From Octopus bimaculoides (taxonomy: Eukaryota): a stretch of 64,000 nt of DNA. The notes under the pieces were generated by a model. The model did no database searches. It saw only the letters and a program-made list of their open reading frames with translations, and was not told the DNA's origin. Positions 39,810 to 53,389 of this stretch are shown one piece after another. The stretch spans positions 85,244,342 to 85,308,341 of the forward strand of contig NC_068986.1 of NCBI RefSeq assembly GCF_001194135.2. Direction: 5' to 3'. The position numbers and the translations under genes are program-made. Numbering within the stretch: position 1 is the first letter of the stretch; each line of letters starts with the position of its first letter.

Positions 39810-42629
39810 GTGAATATTCTAAACACAACGACGCACTTAGTCCTCAACATATCGTTTGATATGTTGTAGTTTTTTTGTTGTAATTTTGGTAGATTTTATG
39901 GTTGTTATTCTTATTGGTGTTGCTGCTATCATTGTTGCTATTGTTGTTGTTGCTGTAGCTGTTAACATTGTCGTTGCTGATGTATTATTGATGTTATTTA
40001 AATCTAGATCATTCCTAATCACGACTATGAGGAGGAGCATTTCAGCTTCCTTCCCCCAATATCCCGTTTTTTTTTCTCCATCATTATTATGTTCTCGTGT
40101 AATCATCAATGTATTTCTTCCCTTTTCAAGTCAATGGGGCGTCACATGAGGGAGAGAGCAACTATATGGAAGATTCCTAGCGGATTAGTTGCTGATATTC
40201 TCGTTTTGTAGACATGATTAGAGTATAATTGTGGTAATACTGATTAGTGGGTTGCAGATAACCAGATAGGTAAATCAGCGGACATCCACTTTTGGAGTCA
40301 CAGTTTCGTATCATATTACAAGCAACGTATGCAACCCGTGTTTAAATCTACTTTTCAATAAAGTCACTTTAGCTTGTATGAAACTATGACAACGAATGTC
40401 ATGTATGCGACATGCTTCACGGCATGACAAATTTACTAGTGTTTCTTTGATTTACATTCCTGGTACCAATTTCAGTTTTGTCTACATTTGCAGATATATT
40501 TTGAATTGGAAAGACTATAAAGATGTAATATTAGTTTCACTCTAGATCGCAACAGGTCTGGGTAGTATGAAGAACCAGCTGTTGCCAAATGTAAGGCAAA
40601 GTGAATACCAGAACATTTTCGCCCAGCTTTATTACAGAAATTGCTGATTGCAAATATGAATAACAGAGAATTGTATTAGAGATTGCATCCATCTTTATAT
40701 TTAAACGAATGGTTTACTCGCCAAATCTTGTGGGTGTAAGCTCAATGCAAAAGATTTAGGATTAAATCTTTTCTTCTTTTAGCTGGTCACAAAAATAGCA
40801 TTTCCATTTTTCACATGAAAAGAAGTTTGGCATTGAACTGGCAACCATATATATGAAAGCTTGTGGTGGCGATATTTTAGAGTAGGAATGATTATTAATT
40901 AAGTAGAGAATGCAGCTCACTGATTTTCCTGTTGCTTCCTTTGAACATTTGTAGTTCGACGAATGCTGAAAAAATGAGAAGAGGAGGAATTCCAGAATGT
41001 AGAAATTTAGGGGAGATCAAAACTCAAACCTTAGTTTTGTTGAGTCAGGAATAGAACTAAAATATTTGCTATCCTCAAAATATAGAAACCTTGTTCTTGT
41101 GGAACAACTTTAGCGATACTGCTGAATCAGTGAAGCCACTATAAGGGGACGCAAACGTTTGAAAAGCCTACTAACTGCAGCGACAGTTTAAGGCAGAACG
41201 AACAACAATATCATTTTCATAGAAGTGTTTCAATCTTCAGTGGTCAAACTGAATTTCGAACACCAGGCTATCAATGATCTGAATGCACCTGCAGATACCA
41301 CAGCCGCTAAATCATTTCTTCTACCATGACTAATGTGAGAATAAGTAATTAGTTGTTTCTGATAAATCCTTCCCTTAAATTTCTATAAATTTCCCACGAA
41401 CTCTTTAGTTTTATCCATAGATATAAGCCGAAGCGTAAATATATAACAATAGAACCAAGGGATTATCTGGGAAGGTACTGTGAATAGTCTTTGTTAGTCT
41501 TAGATATTTTAACTCTACGTTTAAACAGTTTTTTTCTTCTTTTTTATGAGATTCAATAACTTCAGTTAAGATCGAAGTAATATGAAAGTAGTTCATAAAT
41601 TCTTTACTGTACTGTATGCCCCAACTTGGCGGTGAGATGGTTCACGCGTAACATAAGGGAGATAACTCTTGCATGTGTTCATTTGGAGTGTTCTTGGCAT
41701 CTTTGAAGTAGAAATTAAAATGAGCTCAAAGTAAGTTAAAATGGAATTGAAATATATTAAATGAACCTCGAAGCAAATTAAATAGATGTTATTTAGAAAA
41801 TATATAGTAGGTATTTGTAATATGAATTGTTTGAACTTACGCAGATTCGTTCTAAATCGGATTTATTTAAATTTAAACCTATAATGCTGCATTTATATAT
41901 GGACGACAACAGTCTGTCTCAAAGCAAAGTTGGATTTTCTCAAGCTACAAGTACCAATATTTTCCAAGGTACCAAATAAGAAATTCCGCCCTTGAATCTT
42001 GTCTGTGTCTATTATCTACCACGTAACACAATCTGGGATCCATAAATGCTTCAAGAAGGGCTAAAAAGATAAAGCCATATAATAGGATACACAGAGACAG
42101 TGCCTCACATCTGTACACTGTACGTGCTCAGAGCAAATTGAAAGAGGTAGAATATGAATATGTTGAGTCACTTCTTGAATGTCTAAAGGAATACCCGCAA
42201 TTAACATTGAATGAACACTGAAAATGCTTGCATTCAACAAGGATTAATTATTTTCTAAAGAAGTATAAGTTAACTTTATGGGTGAATGGTTTTATTTAAA
42301 CAAATGTATTTATAACCAGAATTGTTTTTTTTTCTTTTTTCTTTTTTGTATTTCAAAACTGATTAACTTACAAAAGATGTTTCTGTTCTAGTTTTAGAAG
42401 TTATGCAAATCAAAACTAAACTGTTATTTATTACTCTTTAGCTAAAAGCATTAGAAATATGATTTCATGGCAGTATTTTATTTGGAAATATATTCAAAGT
42501 TTTTGTTTTTCAAAATTATTTTAATTTATATCGAGTTTATTTTAAATTGGTTCGAAATTTCGTTTGAAGAGTGTGACATCAATTGAACAACTACAAATGT
42601 TTTATTGTGTTTAATAAATATATGTATAT

Positions 42630-42689
<60 letters not shown>

Positions 42690-42996
42690 ATGTTTCTGTG
42701 TTTTTGAATGTTTCTCGTTGTAAAGTATCTACATTTTAAACTATTCTCGAGCTTTTTGTACATGAGAAAAGTATCATTTGCTTGGGTTTTAGGACTCTTT
42801 CTTGATATAAAATATTTGAGAATATATGAACAGATTTCTTTTAAATTGTACCATTCCCTAATTATAAATCCTGAAACTTGGGATTCTTAATCGCTTTAGA
42901 AAATACTAGACGATGAATAGGTTCCGTTTTACGGAATAATGTTTCGAGTGCAGTGATTTATATAGAACATTCATAATTTTATTGTGTATTTTCTAG

Positions 42997-43835
42997 GTTT
43001 CCATAACGTCCAGCACAACGGCAGGATATTTGGATATGATTCCTTAATATGGTTATTCCCAGACAATAACGTGGCGATATTCAGCAGTGTTAACGGTCCA
43101 ATGAACGCACATTCTAAGAATGCATTAAGAGTCATACATCACTACGCCGCAGATTTGCTGCTTGGACAAGAAGCTTGGCTCAATCAATCCAGTTCGTGCA
43201 CATTTCCAGATCCTTGGTTACACAATTATAATAAAACAAAACACAGGAAAACATCCGGTCGGGTTATGGTTGCACAGAAATCATCTTCCCTAGAAAAGAA
43301 TGGCGCCGAGGCATTCCACCGTCGGTGGAGATCAAAGCAGCATAAGAAAAAAAATCGGTTTCCCGACTTACAGAGGTATCAGCGGCCCCTGTCAGAGTAT
43401 GTTGGTATTTATGGACATCCTGCTTTTGGTAACATTACTATTTATTTGAACTCATCCACACAACAACTCTACCTGGCACACGGCAAATTTGGGCAAGGTA
43501 TTCTTCTACCAACTAATAAAATTGATAAATTTCATATGAGATTCCAAGGACTACTACGATACATGAGCGAAGCAGATGGTTGGGACATGGAGTTTCCAAT
43601 TATTTTTCAAAGTGCAAAAGACGATTCTAGTAAAATAGACTTTCTTTATGCCCACTTCATCGAGAAAACCGTTCCACCGTTGTTTCAACGTGGCGCTTCC
43701 TGGCAGGATTTTGTCCCTTCGCCGTCTTACCCAAACGCAAAGTTCTGTCCCAACAATTTGTCACGTTTGATACCAGCTTGTTCTGTCATATCTATCGTTT
43801 TGTCTTTGTTGCCTGTTTTAATTATATTTTTCTAA
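42997..43835 (+). CDS. Terminal coding exon of beta-lactamase-like protein: HxG motif, DUF3471-like domain, hydrophobic C-terminal tail
   Basis: Acceptor gtattttctag ends 42996; phase matches the previous exon (G+GT=Gly). Translates GFHNVQHNGRIFGYDSLIWLFPDNNVAIFSSVNG (HNG at the KTG/HTG-box position), later EYVGIYGHPAFGNITIY (DUF3471-like), ending SVISIVLSLLPVLIIFF-stop. Longest gap-free ORF in the track. Confidence 0.92.
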
Positions 43836-43889
43836 ACTAAACTCTGTACATTCCATGAACAAAAGAAAAAAAGAGCAAAAAAGAAAAAG

Positions 43890-43978
43890 AACTAATGATG
43901 AACACTCTGACGATGACAACAATGTTGCTGCTCATATTGGTGATGGTGATGATGATGATAATGATGATGATGATGATG

Positions 43979-44029
<51 letters not shown>

Positions 44030-44074
44030 TTAATAATAATAAGGCTACTACTATTACTATTACTACTACTACTG

Positions 44075-44108
<34 letters not shown>

Positions 44109-44111
44109 AAC

Positions 44112-44150
<39 letters not shown>
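43890..44150. repeat. Compound (GAT)n(AAT)n(ACT)n(AAT)n microsatellite just 3' of the stop codon
   Basis: Directly visible, starting about 60 nt after the TAA at 43833-43835. Confidence 0.95.
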
Positions 44151-44164
44151 GAGTTTCCAATTTA

Positions 44165-44310
44165 GATTGAAGGCCAACAGTTTTGAGGAGATGGGATTAG
44201 TCGATTTCATCGACTCCGGTACTTGACTGGTACTTTACCTTATCGATCCTCGATAAGATGAAAAGTAGAGTTAACCTCGGCAAAATTTTGACTCAAAACG
44301 TCAAGCATCG
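44165..44310 (-). mobile_element. Degenerate SINE family B copy
   Basis: gattagtcgatttcatcgactccggtac...ggtactttaccttatcgatcc...gagttaacctcggc is the reverse complement of the family B body. Confidence 0.6.
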
Positions 44311-46057
44311 CATGGCACTAATGATAATAAGAATAATAAAGACATATCCATTTAAAAGAAGCTTTAAAATGGTAAAACAATAATGAAAAAGCAGGGTTAA
44401 CGAGATTAAGCAGGAACAGAGATATCTCAACCAGCATTACTTCTACCGTTGTATTGATGATGGTGATGATGATGATGATGATTAAATGAAGAAATTATCC
44501 AGATAATATGATCTAGGAACAGGGATAACCAAAGCTTGATTTTGTAAAAGAGAAACAATCCGTATAATATTATGTTCCATGATAATCATATAGAGCGATA
44601 GAGTCCAATATGTATAGCTAATTCCCATTACAGAAAATAGTACGACTAAGTATGGTATCTTATATTATGGAGTAATTGCAATGCGATATAAAATATGAAA
44701 GAAAAAAACAAGTACTGCCATAGCCCTAGGCTCACAAAGCAACGCCCTTTTGTACAGTGGAAACCCGCAATAGAAACAGTAAATTGATGACATTAATTAA
44801 AATATTTTTCACAGACGGAGTTCATTCGAACTGGCGATATTTTGCTTAGTAAAGACGAACCAACAATTACTGTGCAGTAGAATTAGTCTACTATGCAATC
44901 AGGTACCACCAGCGGACAAAAAAAAAATGCAATCTATTGTCGAAAACGAGCCTGAACGAAGGCTCCATACTTTGAATTTTTGATTCAGATTCACGTTTAA
45001 AGCGTTACTCAATGCATTTAGTGGTCGACTTTAGTCATATTCATTTGAATATTTGCATAAAGTTTGTAAGATGTTCCATCTGATGAACAGCATGAACTTG
45101 TACAGATCCAACATTGTATAAAATATTTATTACCGACAGTGACAGTATTAATAACGAGAGGTAAGATTTATTCCTACTTAAACGTAGATGTTCTGCTAGA
45201 ACAAACTGCACTACGGCAGTTACTATGAGAAAAACTCTCATAATGGCTTTTGGTGAAAAAGTCACTTTTGTATATATCTCCAGCGGGGAGAAAAATTCTT
45301 GCCACCTCCAGCATCGAGACCAACAGATCATGAGATTTCATGACCAGACTACTAGCGCACGTGATTTCGTACTAGACCAAGGAAGGTCAAAATCACATGA
45401 TCTGGTGGTCTCGTTGCTGGAGTTAGCAAGGATTTATCTCACCGCTAGTGATGTAAACAAGCGTGCATTTTGCACCAAAAGCCAGGATAAGAATGTCTTT
45501 CATGGTAACTAGCTTTTGTATAGTTTGTTCTAACAAAAGAAACTATAGTGTATAAAATGGTTAGATTCTATATCTTGATGAGGAATTTGGCCATGTTATT
45601 CTCCAGATGAAGCATCCTGTAAATTGTAAGCAGTTTGTTACAGTGACTGATACAAATCTCGTGCAACATATAGGAACGTCCCTTCTGTTATTGAGTGTTA
45701 AATCTCGTCTAATTCGGCTGTCTTTTCAGTCGGCTGCTACGATAAAAGTAAACCAGTCATTTACTTGAGAGCGAATTGAAACAAATGTGTCTTCCCCAAT
45801 CGCACCAAGTGGAAACTTTTGCCTTGCGTCTTTCCCAAAGATAGTTACGATGACGACGACGACGACGACTTCATCATCATGTGCTGGAAATATTAGCAAG
45901 TAATACTTGCAGCAAATGAAATTGCTTTCCCGGTTTTTCTTATTGGGTAGTAACTATATTTACTATGCATATTCTGTTGACAAAGGTAAAAATATGCAAC
46001 CTGCCCTTTTATATGGCTTAATGTTCAATTAAGAATTATTATTATCATTATTATCAC

Positions 46058-46108
<51 letters not shown>

Positions 46109-46148
46109 CATTAGTATTATACATGACATGTATTTATGTATTTGTTAT

Positions 46149-46252
<104 letters not shown>

Positions 46253-46699
46253 CGTACATTAGTTTTGCAAGGTATTTGATGTTATGTGAGGCGATGAAAC
46301 AGATGATGTTGTATGTCGGAAGGGTCAATTTGCCAATAAAAAGACACACTCTGGTTGTAGTTTACTTATTTTTAATATCAGTCAACCGTACAACTAATTA
46401 ACTTGGTATCTAATGAATTGCTTGATTAATAGTTTCATCAATTATTTCATCGATCAATCACTTGGCGGCTTCACGAACCAATCGACTGGTTTCTCAATTG
46501 ATTGAACAATATACAATCAGGCCTGTAGTAAAACTGTTTTTCATTTGCAAAATTACCCTCCTGACCTACAGCAACATATATATCACCTACATACATACAT
46601 ACATACATACATACATACATACATACATACATACATACACGCCTTTATAAATGTGTATAGAGATATATATATTATATATTATATATATATATACACTCT

Positions 46700-46755
<56 letters not shown>

Positions 46756-46846
46756 NNNNNNNNNNNNNNNNNNNNNNNNNNNNNNNNNNNNNNNNNNNNN
46801 NNNNNNNNNNNNNNNNNNNNNNNNNNNNNNNNNNNNNNNNNNNNNN

Positions 46847-46899
<53 letters not shown>

Positions 46900-47320
46900 G
46901 TATGTATGTATGTATGTATGTATATGTATATGTACGTATGTATATGTATATATAACAGAATGCGTTTCTTTCTCGATAAAGTAATTCAACTTTTCTTCCA
47001 TTTCTGTTGAATCTCAACCGAACACTACACTGATGTATCATCCATGTCAGAAATAAAACCTATATTGGAGCTGATTTAGAGTTGCCAATATCTCGAGCAA
47101 TATTAATAAACAAAATTGTGCGCAGTGGAGCAACAGCAACAATGAAAGCAACCTTTGAAGCACTAACGTGAACAACACCATTAGTTCCATAAGCAACCTC
47201 TTGCATCTTGTTACCTTTGGGAGCTGACGGTTACGGGCTCTGTCAAAACAAAACCGGCTCTTCTAATTAATATTTAAGCGTTATTCTTTTGTGTAAAATG
47301 CAGTCATGTGTAGGTATAGT

Positions 47321-47701
47321 CATGGCACTGCGTCGGTTACGACGACGAGGGTTCCAGTTGATCCGATCAACGGAACAGCCTGCTCATGAAATTAACGTGC
47401 AAGTGGCTGAGCACTCCACAGACACATGTACCCTTAACGCATTTCTCGGAGAAATTCAGCGTGGCACAGAGTGTGACAAGGCTGGCCCTTTGAAATACAG
47501 GTACAACAGAAACAGGAAGAATGAGTAACAGAAAGTTGTGGTGAAAGAATACACCAGAGTTCACCACCACCCACGTAGAGCCACGTAGAGCTTTAGGGGT
47601 TTTCGCTCAATAAACACTGACAACGCCCGGTCTGGGAATCGAAACCGCGATCCTATGACTGCGAGTCCGCTGCCCTAGCCACTGGGCCATTGCGCCTCCA
47701 C
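47321..47701 (-). mobile_element. SINE family C (tRNA-derived head), full length with 12-bp TSD
   Basis: Minus strand begins gtggaggcgcaatggcccagtggctagggcagcggactcgc...ggtttcgattcccagaccgg (A and B boxes). TSD tgtaggtatagt at 47309-47320 and 47702-47713. Confidence 0.9.
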
Positions 47702-49518
47702 TGTAGGTATAGTATCCTGAATGATGAATGCCAACTAGCCTGAGATTATTTATTGAAATCTCTTCTGATCGTACGCATAACATATTCCTTGGTTTAACAC
47801 AATTTCTTGATTTAAGGGTACATTTAGTAGAATTTTTTCTGTTCTACGTATTGTTTCAGGATAAAAAGACTCTGCTTATGCTACTGCTTATTTCCTTTTT
47901 GCCTTTTCTACAGGTGGTGCCACTGCTTATCTGACAAATTGCTTTAAAGTTTGTTTTGCCAACAGAAGCCCGTTGCACAATAGCACAAAGGCCAGAAACC
48001 TAGTGAAACCCTTCAGAATCGGCTCTCGCTTTGACGCATAATCCTGCTGCATTTTCTCTCCGTCTCTGTAACAGTTTCTCCTTTCAGTTAACGGACTAGA
48101 TTTCCAGAAATCCATCCGAATACACCGGGCACAGCGAGTGTGTTTACAGGGAGAGTCACAGGCAATTATCAGAACATACCATTTTTTTTTTTTTGTCGTT
48201 ATGAACTTGAAACTTATCCATTCCAATTACATTAATCTAACATATTCAAGTAGAAAGGAACAATATCCTGCAAACATTCCGTGTTTTTAAGGTGTTAATA
48301 CTAAAACGAGGGATTGCAATGCATTGTAACCTTAGCATGTATAATTTGAAGTGTTATACTACACTGGTGTGTGGAAAGAAAATACTGAATAACCTTTAAA
48401 TGCTTTGGGTGGCCTACATCAAAGGTTCTTAAATGATTTAATTCAATGGATATCTAACAGCATCGAAATTTTCAAAAAACGTTTTAAGTTTTAGAAAATC
48501 GATACTTATGGTCGAGTAACTTCAAAAACAAATTATTCATAATTTTATTATGCACAAGTATTACTTATGAAACAAGGTAAACATTAGTTTTCTTTATTTT
48601 ACTTCTGTATATTTATTTCTAATTTAAATCGAGCTTTTATAAAAAAAAAAAAAGAAAAAGAAATTCTATGTGAAGCCCACAGACACCTTTTTTGATTGAT
48701 CTCTGGAGGATCGCCAAGCCATGAAGATTGAGAATGGTAGCATACAGCTTGTAGTGAGTAAGGCAAGGAAGATGACACTATTGATAGAAGAGTTCATTAG
48801 ATAATTATAGAAAGGAAACTAAAGAGTTGATCTTTATACGGTGTCAAACAATGAAACAGGACAAATCGCCGAAACACTACGTTGAAAACTTATACAATGT
48901 TCAATGAGGTTTCATTAGACAAGAAAATCTGAACTCATCGGCCTATATCAGATGTGCCGAATTCTAGAATATTGCAAAAATGGTATTATGGTTGTTTTCC
49001 GTATGATTTTCGCATTTTCGTAACCTTCGTCGTGTAGTGGTACTAATTTCAGTATGCATAAATTCTATGAATGTGGTTACATGTTTACACCAAAAGATGT
49101 GTATGCTCATCATTATACAATAAATACAATTGCATACTCAAAGACTGAGGCGAATCAAGAAAGGTAAATCATAAGATCTTTGGAACATCTACGATTTAAC
49201 TCTCAGTTAAATATGTGAATATACAATTGTATTATATACTGCTAAGCATACATATCGTTGTAAATAAAAAATATATGTATAATGTTAAATACTGCAAATA
49301 ACAAGGGTTATGAAATATCTGAAATCATATAGGAATCATACAGAAAAATGAATCCATATTCACTTCTGACATCTCCTGATTTTATGCATTGTATATAATA
49401 TACATACATACATGCATACATGCATACATACATATATACACACACATACACACACTCACTCACACACACACACACACACACGCACACACACGCACGCACG
49501 CACACACACACGCACGCA

Positions 49519-49573
<55 letters not shown>

Positions 49574-49690
49574 GCACATATATATTTATTGCTGTGCTCC
49601 TTCCGTTTTTCTGAGCCCTGTAAAAGGACTCGGAATGTTAGGCCTCCAACCAGGCCTTTCGCGACACTCTTAAAGCCAGGAACTTTATAC

Positions 49691-49769
<79 letters not shown>

Positions 49770-50248
49770 CATATACGAGAACAGGACGTCACCAGCTGTG
49801 TAAACAACATGAAATACAAATACAAACAAGTTAAATACTCAAACAACGAGAGAAAAAATGGAAAACAGGACAAATAAACTCAGAGAATGACTCTTCATCA
49901 GTTGTCGGCTGTCTATCTACTCCTTATTCTGAGCATTCAACGACAATATGAGTCTTCAGAGACAGTTGCTCCCATAAATTCTGAAATAGAATTTAGGATT
50001 TATAGAGGGTCAAAGTTGGGAACAAAAACAGGACAATGGAAACATACAAGAAAGTCGAACGAAATCAAACATGAAGGGTCGTTAGACCAGAACGAGAGGA
50101 AAATAGTGAACGCTAAGAGAAATATTTTCTGTGAAAAGAGAAAAGATATAGGAGAGAGAAAGAAAACGTCCAGTCCTTTCTAGGTCCGTGCATGAAAAGA
50201 AAGATGGTCACGTGAAGAAAAGAAAAATGGACGATGGTTGCGTGTGAG

Positions 50249-50288
<40 letters not shown>

Positions 50289-50446
50289 AGAAAGGGGGAG
50301 GGAGAGACAGGTAGAAAACAGTGAAAGAGCGAGGAGGAGAAAAAAGGGAATTAGAGATGGACGGAGGAAGAAAGCATTATTGAGTCACCTCAAATATATA
50401 TATACATATATAATGTACAAAGACATACATATGCATTTATGTGTGC

Positions 50447-50496
<50 letters not shown>

Positions 50497-51010
50497 GAGT
50501 CATCACAGTTATTACTGAAGTTGAAAAGAAATATACATTAAATGAANNNNNNNNNNNNNNNNNNNNNNNNNNNNNNNNNNNNNNNNNNNNNNNNNNNNNN
50601 NNNNNNNNNNNNNNNNNNNNNNNNNNNNNNNNNNNNNNNNNNNNNNNNNNNNNNNNNNNNNNNNNNNNNNNNNNNNNNNNNNNNNNNNNNNNNNNNNNNN
50701 NNNNNNNNNNNNNNNNNNNNNNNNNNNNNNNNNNNNNNNNNNNNNNNNNNNNNNNNNNNNNNNNNNNNNNNNNNNNNNNNNNNNNNNNNNNNNNNNNNNN
50801 NNNNNNNNNNNNNNNNNNNNNNNNNNNNNNNNNNNNNNNNNNNNNNNNNNNNNNNNNNNNNNNNNNNNNNNNNNNNNNNNNNNNNNNNNNNNNNNNNNNN
50901 NNNNNNNNNNNNNNNNNNNNNNNNNNNNNNNNNNNNNNNNNNNNNNNNNNNNNNNNNNNNNNNNNNNNNNNNNNNNNNNNNNNNNNNNNNNNNNNNNNNN
51001 NNNNNNNNNN

Positions 51011-51044
<34 letters not shown>

Positions 51045-52464
51045 CCCACAATACAGATACTTACACTCATAGACACAGACATAAACAGACGCACACAAAT
51101 ATACATACACATCAAAATTTGAAACCAATATTACATAATTTCTGTCAATAAAGACTAAAAGCCTACAGCAGAAAGTGAAAATTTGACACATACACACACA
51201 TTTACGAAATATGCAGACACTCTCAGAAATTCACACATGTAAGTGTCAAAACTTTCCTTTACAATTTGGTATCAACAACATCAAAGGTACAACATCGCTA
51301 CCACTGCCACCACTAACAGTAATGACTATAGTACAATAACAACAAACACAACAAAAAATTGCAGCAACAATACTAACATATATTTCAGGTACAAAAGTAA
51401 CTATTAATACTTGACAACAAAGTCGTTCTAAGGGAGGCAACATAAGAGGAGACAACTCACTTCATTTTTGTTTTTCCCCCTTTCGTTTTTGGTGTAAGAG
51501 TGAATGTAACTGGATGATTTAAGGATAAATTTCACAAATTTATCTTCGAATATTAAGTATTTGTTCAGCGTTTTGTTGATAGGGGAGATAACTTAATGGA
51601 TATAATTTCTCTTCCTGATGATGAGATAATTTCAAATTACGCACTACTGATGTAAGTAATGACACAGGTATCTTCAATAGCATCTAACTTATATCTAACG
51701 GCATATTTACCAAGTTAGACATTGTAGAATGCTATCCATCCTTTTCTAAAACTCTTCCCATGAAAATCTCAAAATTCACAACAATTACATTCATAACCAT
51801 GACTACGAGATATTGATATAATATTGAAAGAAAAGAAAAAAAAAGAAAATTGTTATAGCCTGGCAGAACTTTCTGAGTAGTATAGAAAACAACTGTGCGA
51901 TGAATCAATAAATAGCTATAACGGTGGGATATTATCAGATCTAATCGACTTATATATGTATATATNNNNNNNNNNNNNNNNNNNNNNNNNNNNNNNNNNN
52001 NNNNNNNNNNNNNNNNNNNNNNNNNNNNNNNNNNNNNNNNNNNNNNNNNNNNNNNNNNNNNNNNNNNNNNNNNNNNNNNNNNNNNNNNNNNNNNNNNNNN
52101 NNNNNNNNNNNNNNNNNNNNNNNNNNNNNNNNNNNNNNNNNNNNNNNNNNNNNNNNNNNNNNNNNNNNNNNNNNNNNNNNNNNNNNNNNNNNNNNNNNNN
52201 NNNNNNNNNNNNNNNNNNNNNNNNNNNNNNNNNNNNNNNNNNNNNNNNNNNNNNNNNNNNNNNNNNNNNNNNNNNNNNNNNNNNNNNNNNNNNNNNNNNN
52301 NNNNNNNNNNNNNNNNNNNNNNNNNATATATATATATATATATACGGCATAGAACGAAAAGCAATTAAATTTACCAATATAAAACTACAGTGTTGCTGAA
52401 GTCCCCACATGCCATAGTATGATTTGTCCTAATGTGGACAGACCTAAAAGAATCTATGTTAAAA

Positions 52465-52585
52465 ATACAAACCTGGAAATAGTAAATTTTTTAGATATAA
52501 CATTAAATTACAACAGAGGGAAATACAATCTCGTTCGAAAACATAGTGAAGGAATAATTTACGTAAATCGATCGCAAATATAAAG
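52465..52585 (+). mobile_element. Penelope-like RT C-terminal fragment
   Basis: NLEIVNFLDITLNYNRGKYNLVRKHSEGIIYVN resembles the recalled Penelope RT motif NL..VNFLDVTL.L....Y..YRKPN....YIN. Confidence 0.6.
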
Positions 52586-52947
52586 CATATTAGAACTAAC
52601 ATTAATGGTTGTATATGAAATTTTATTAGATAAGTCAGAATTCAAAAATTTACTCTGCACTACAACAGAGCCTCGTTTCATAACAATGTGAAGTGCATAG
52701 AACAGTCCACACTAATGCAATGCAATGCACGAAGACATGCATATACGATAGAAATCTTACAGAATTAATATAAGTACAAATAAAGCAAACCACTTCTTAA
52801 CGTGAACAATCACACACTTCCCCATTTCACGTAGATATCATAAATCATGTTTGTCAATTTCTGAAGCTACGTCCAAGCTGTATTAGGTGTTTAGTACGTC
52901 TAAATTTTCGACTTAAGATTGGAAATTTGCTATTCCCTATTCTTTTC

Positions 52948-53155
52948 TATTCTTGGCACAAGGCCCGAAATTTGGGGGGAGGGGGCCAGTCGATTAGATC
53001 GACCCCAGTATGCAACTGGTACTTAATTTATCGACCCCAAAAGGATAAAAGGCAAAGTCGACCTCGGTGGAAATTGAACTCCGAACGTAAAGTCAGACGA
53101 AATACCGCTAAGCATTTTACTAGGCGTGCTAATGTTTCAGCTAGCTCGCCGCCTT
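52948..53155 (-). mobile_element. SINE family B copy
   Basis: Reverse complement reads aaggcggcgagctagctgaaacattagcacgcc...gttcggagttcaatttccaccgaggtcgactttgcc. Confidence 0.85.
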
Positions 53156-53324
53156 TTTGTGATCCCTTATTGATCAAACAACTGGAATCGACTTTCATAC
53201 AGTCTCTTAAACACGAATATCCAGATTGACGGTCAATATAGACACAAGTATNNNNNNNNNNNNNNNNNNNNNNNNNNNNNNNNNNNNNNNNNNNNNNNNN
53301 NNNNNNNNNNNNNNNNNNNNNNNN

Positions 53325-53389
<65 letters not shown>

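Noticed and set aside
47620-47701. tRNA-like sequence with A and B boxes (also 59380-59461)
   Set aside because: It is the head of a 381-bp SINE bounded by TSDs, not a tRNA gene.
47914-48226. Strong acceptor (ttttctacag) and GC-richer stretch with short ORFs on both strands
   Set aside because: All frames close quickly and no family was recognised; probably a decayed transposon piece.
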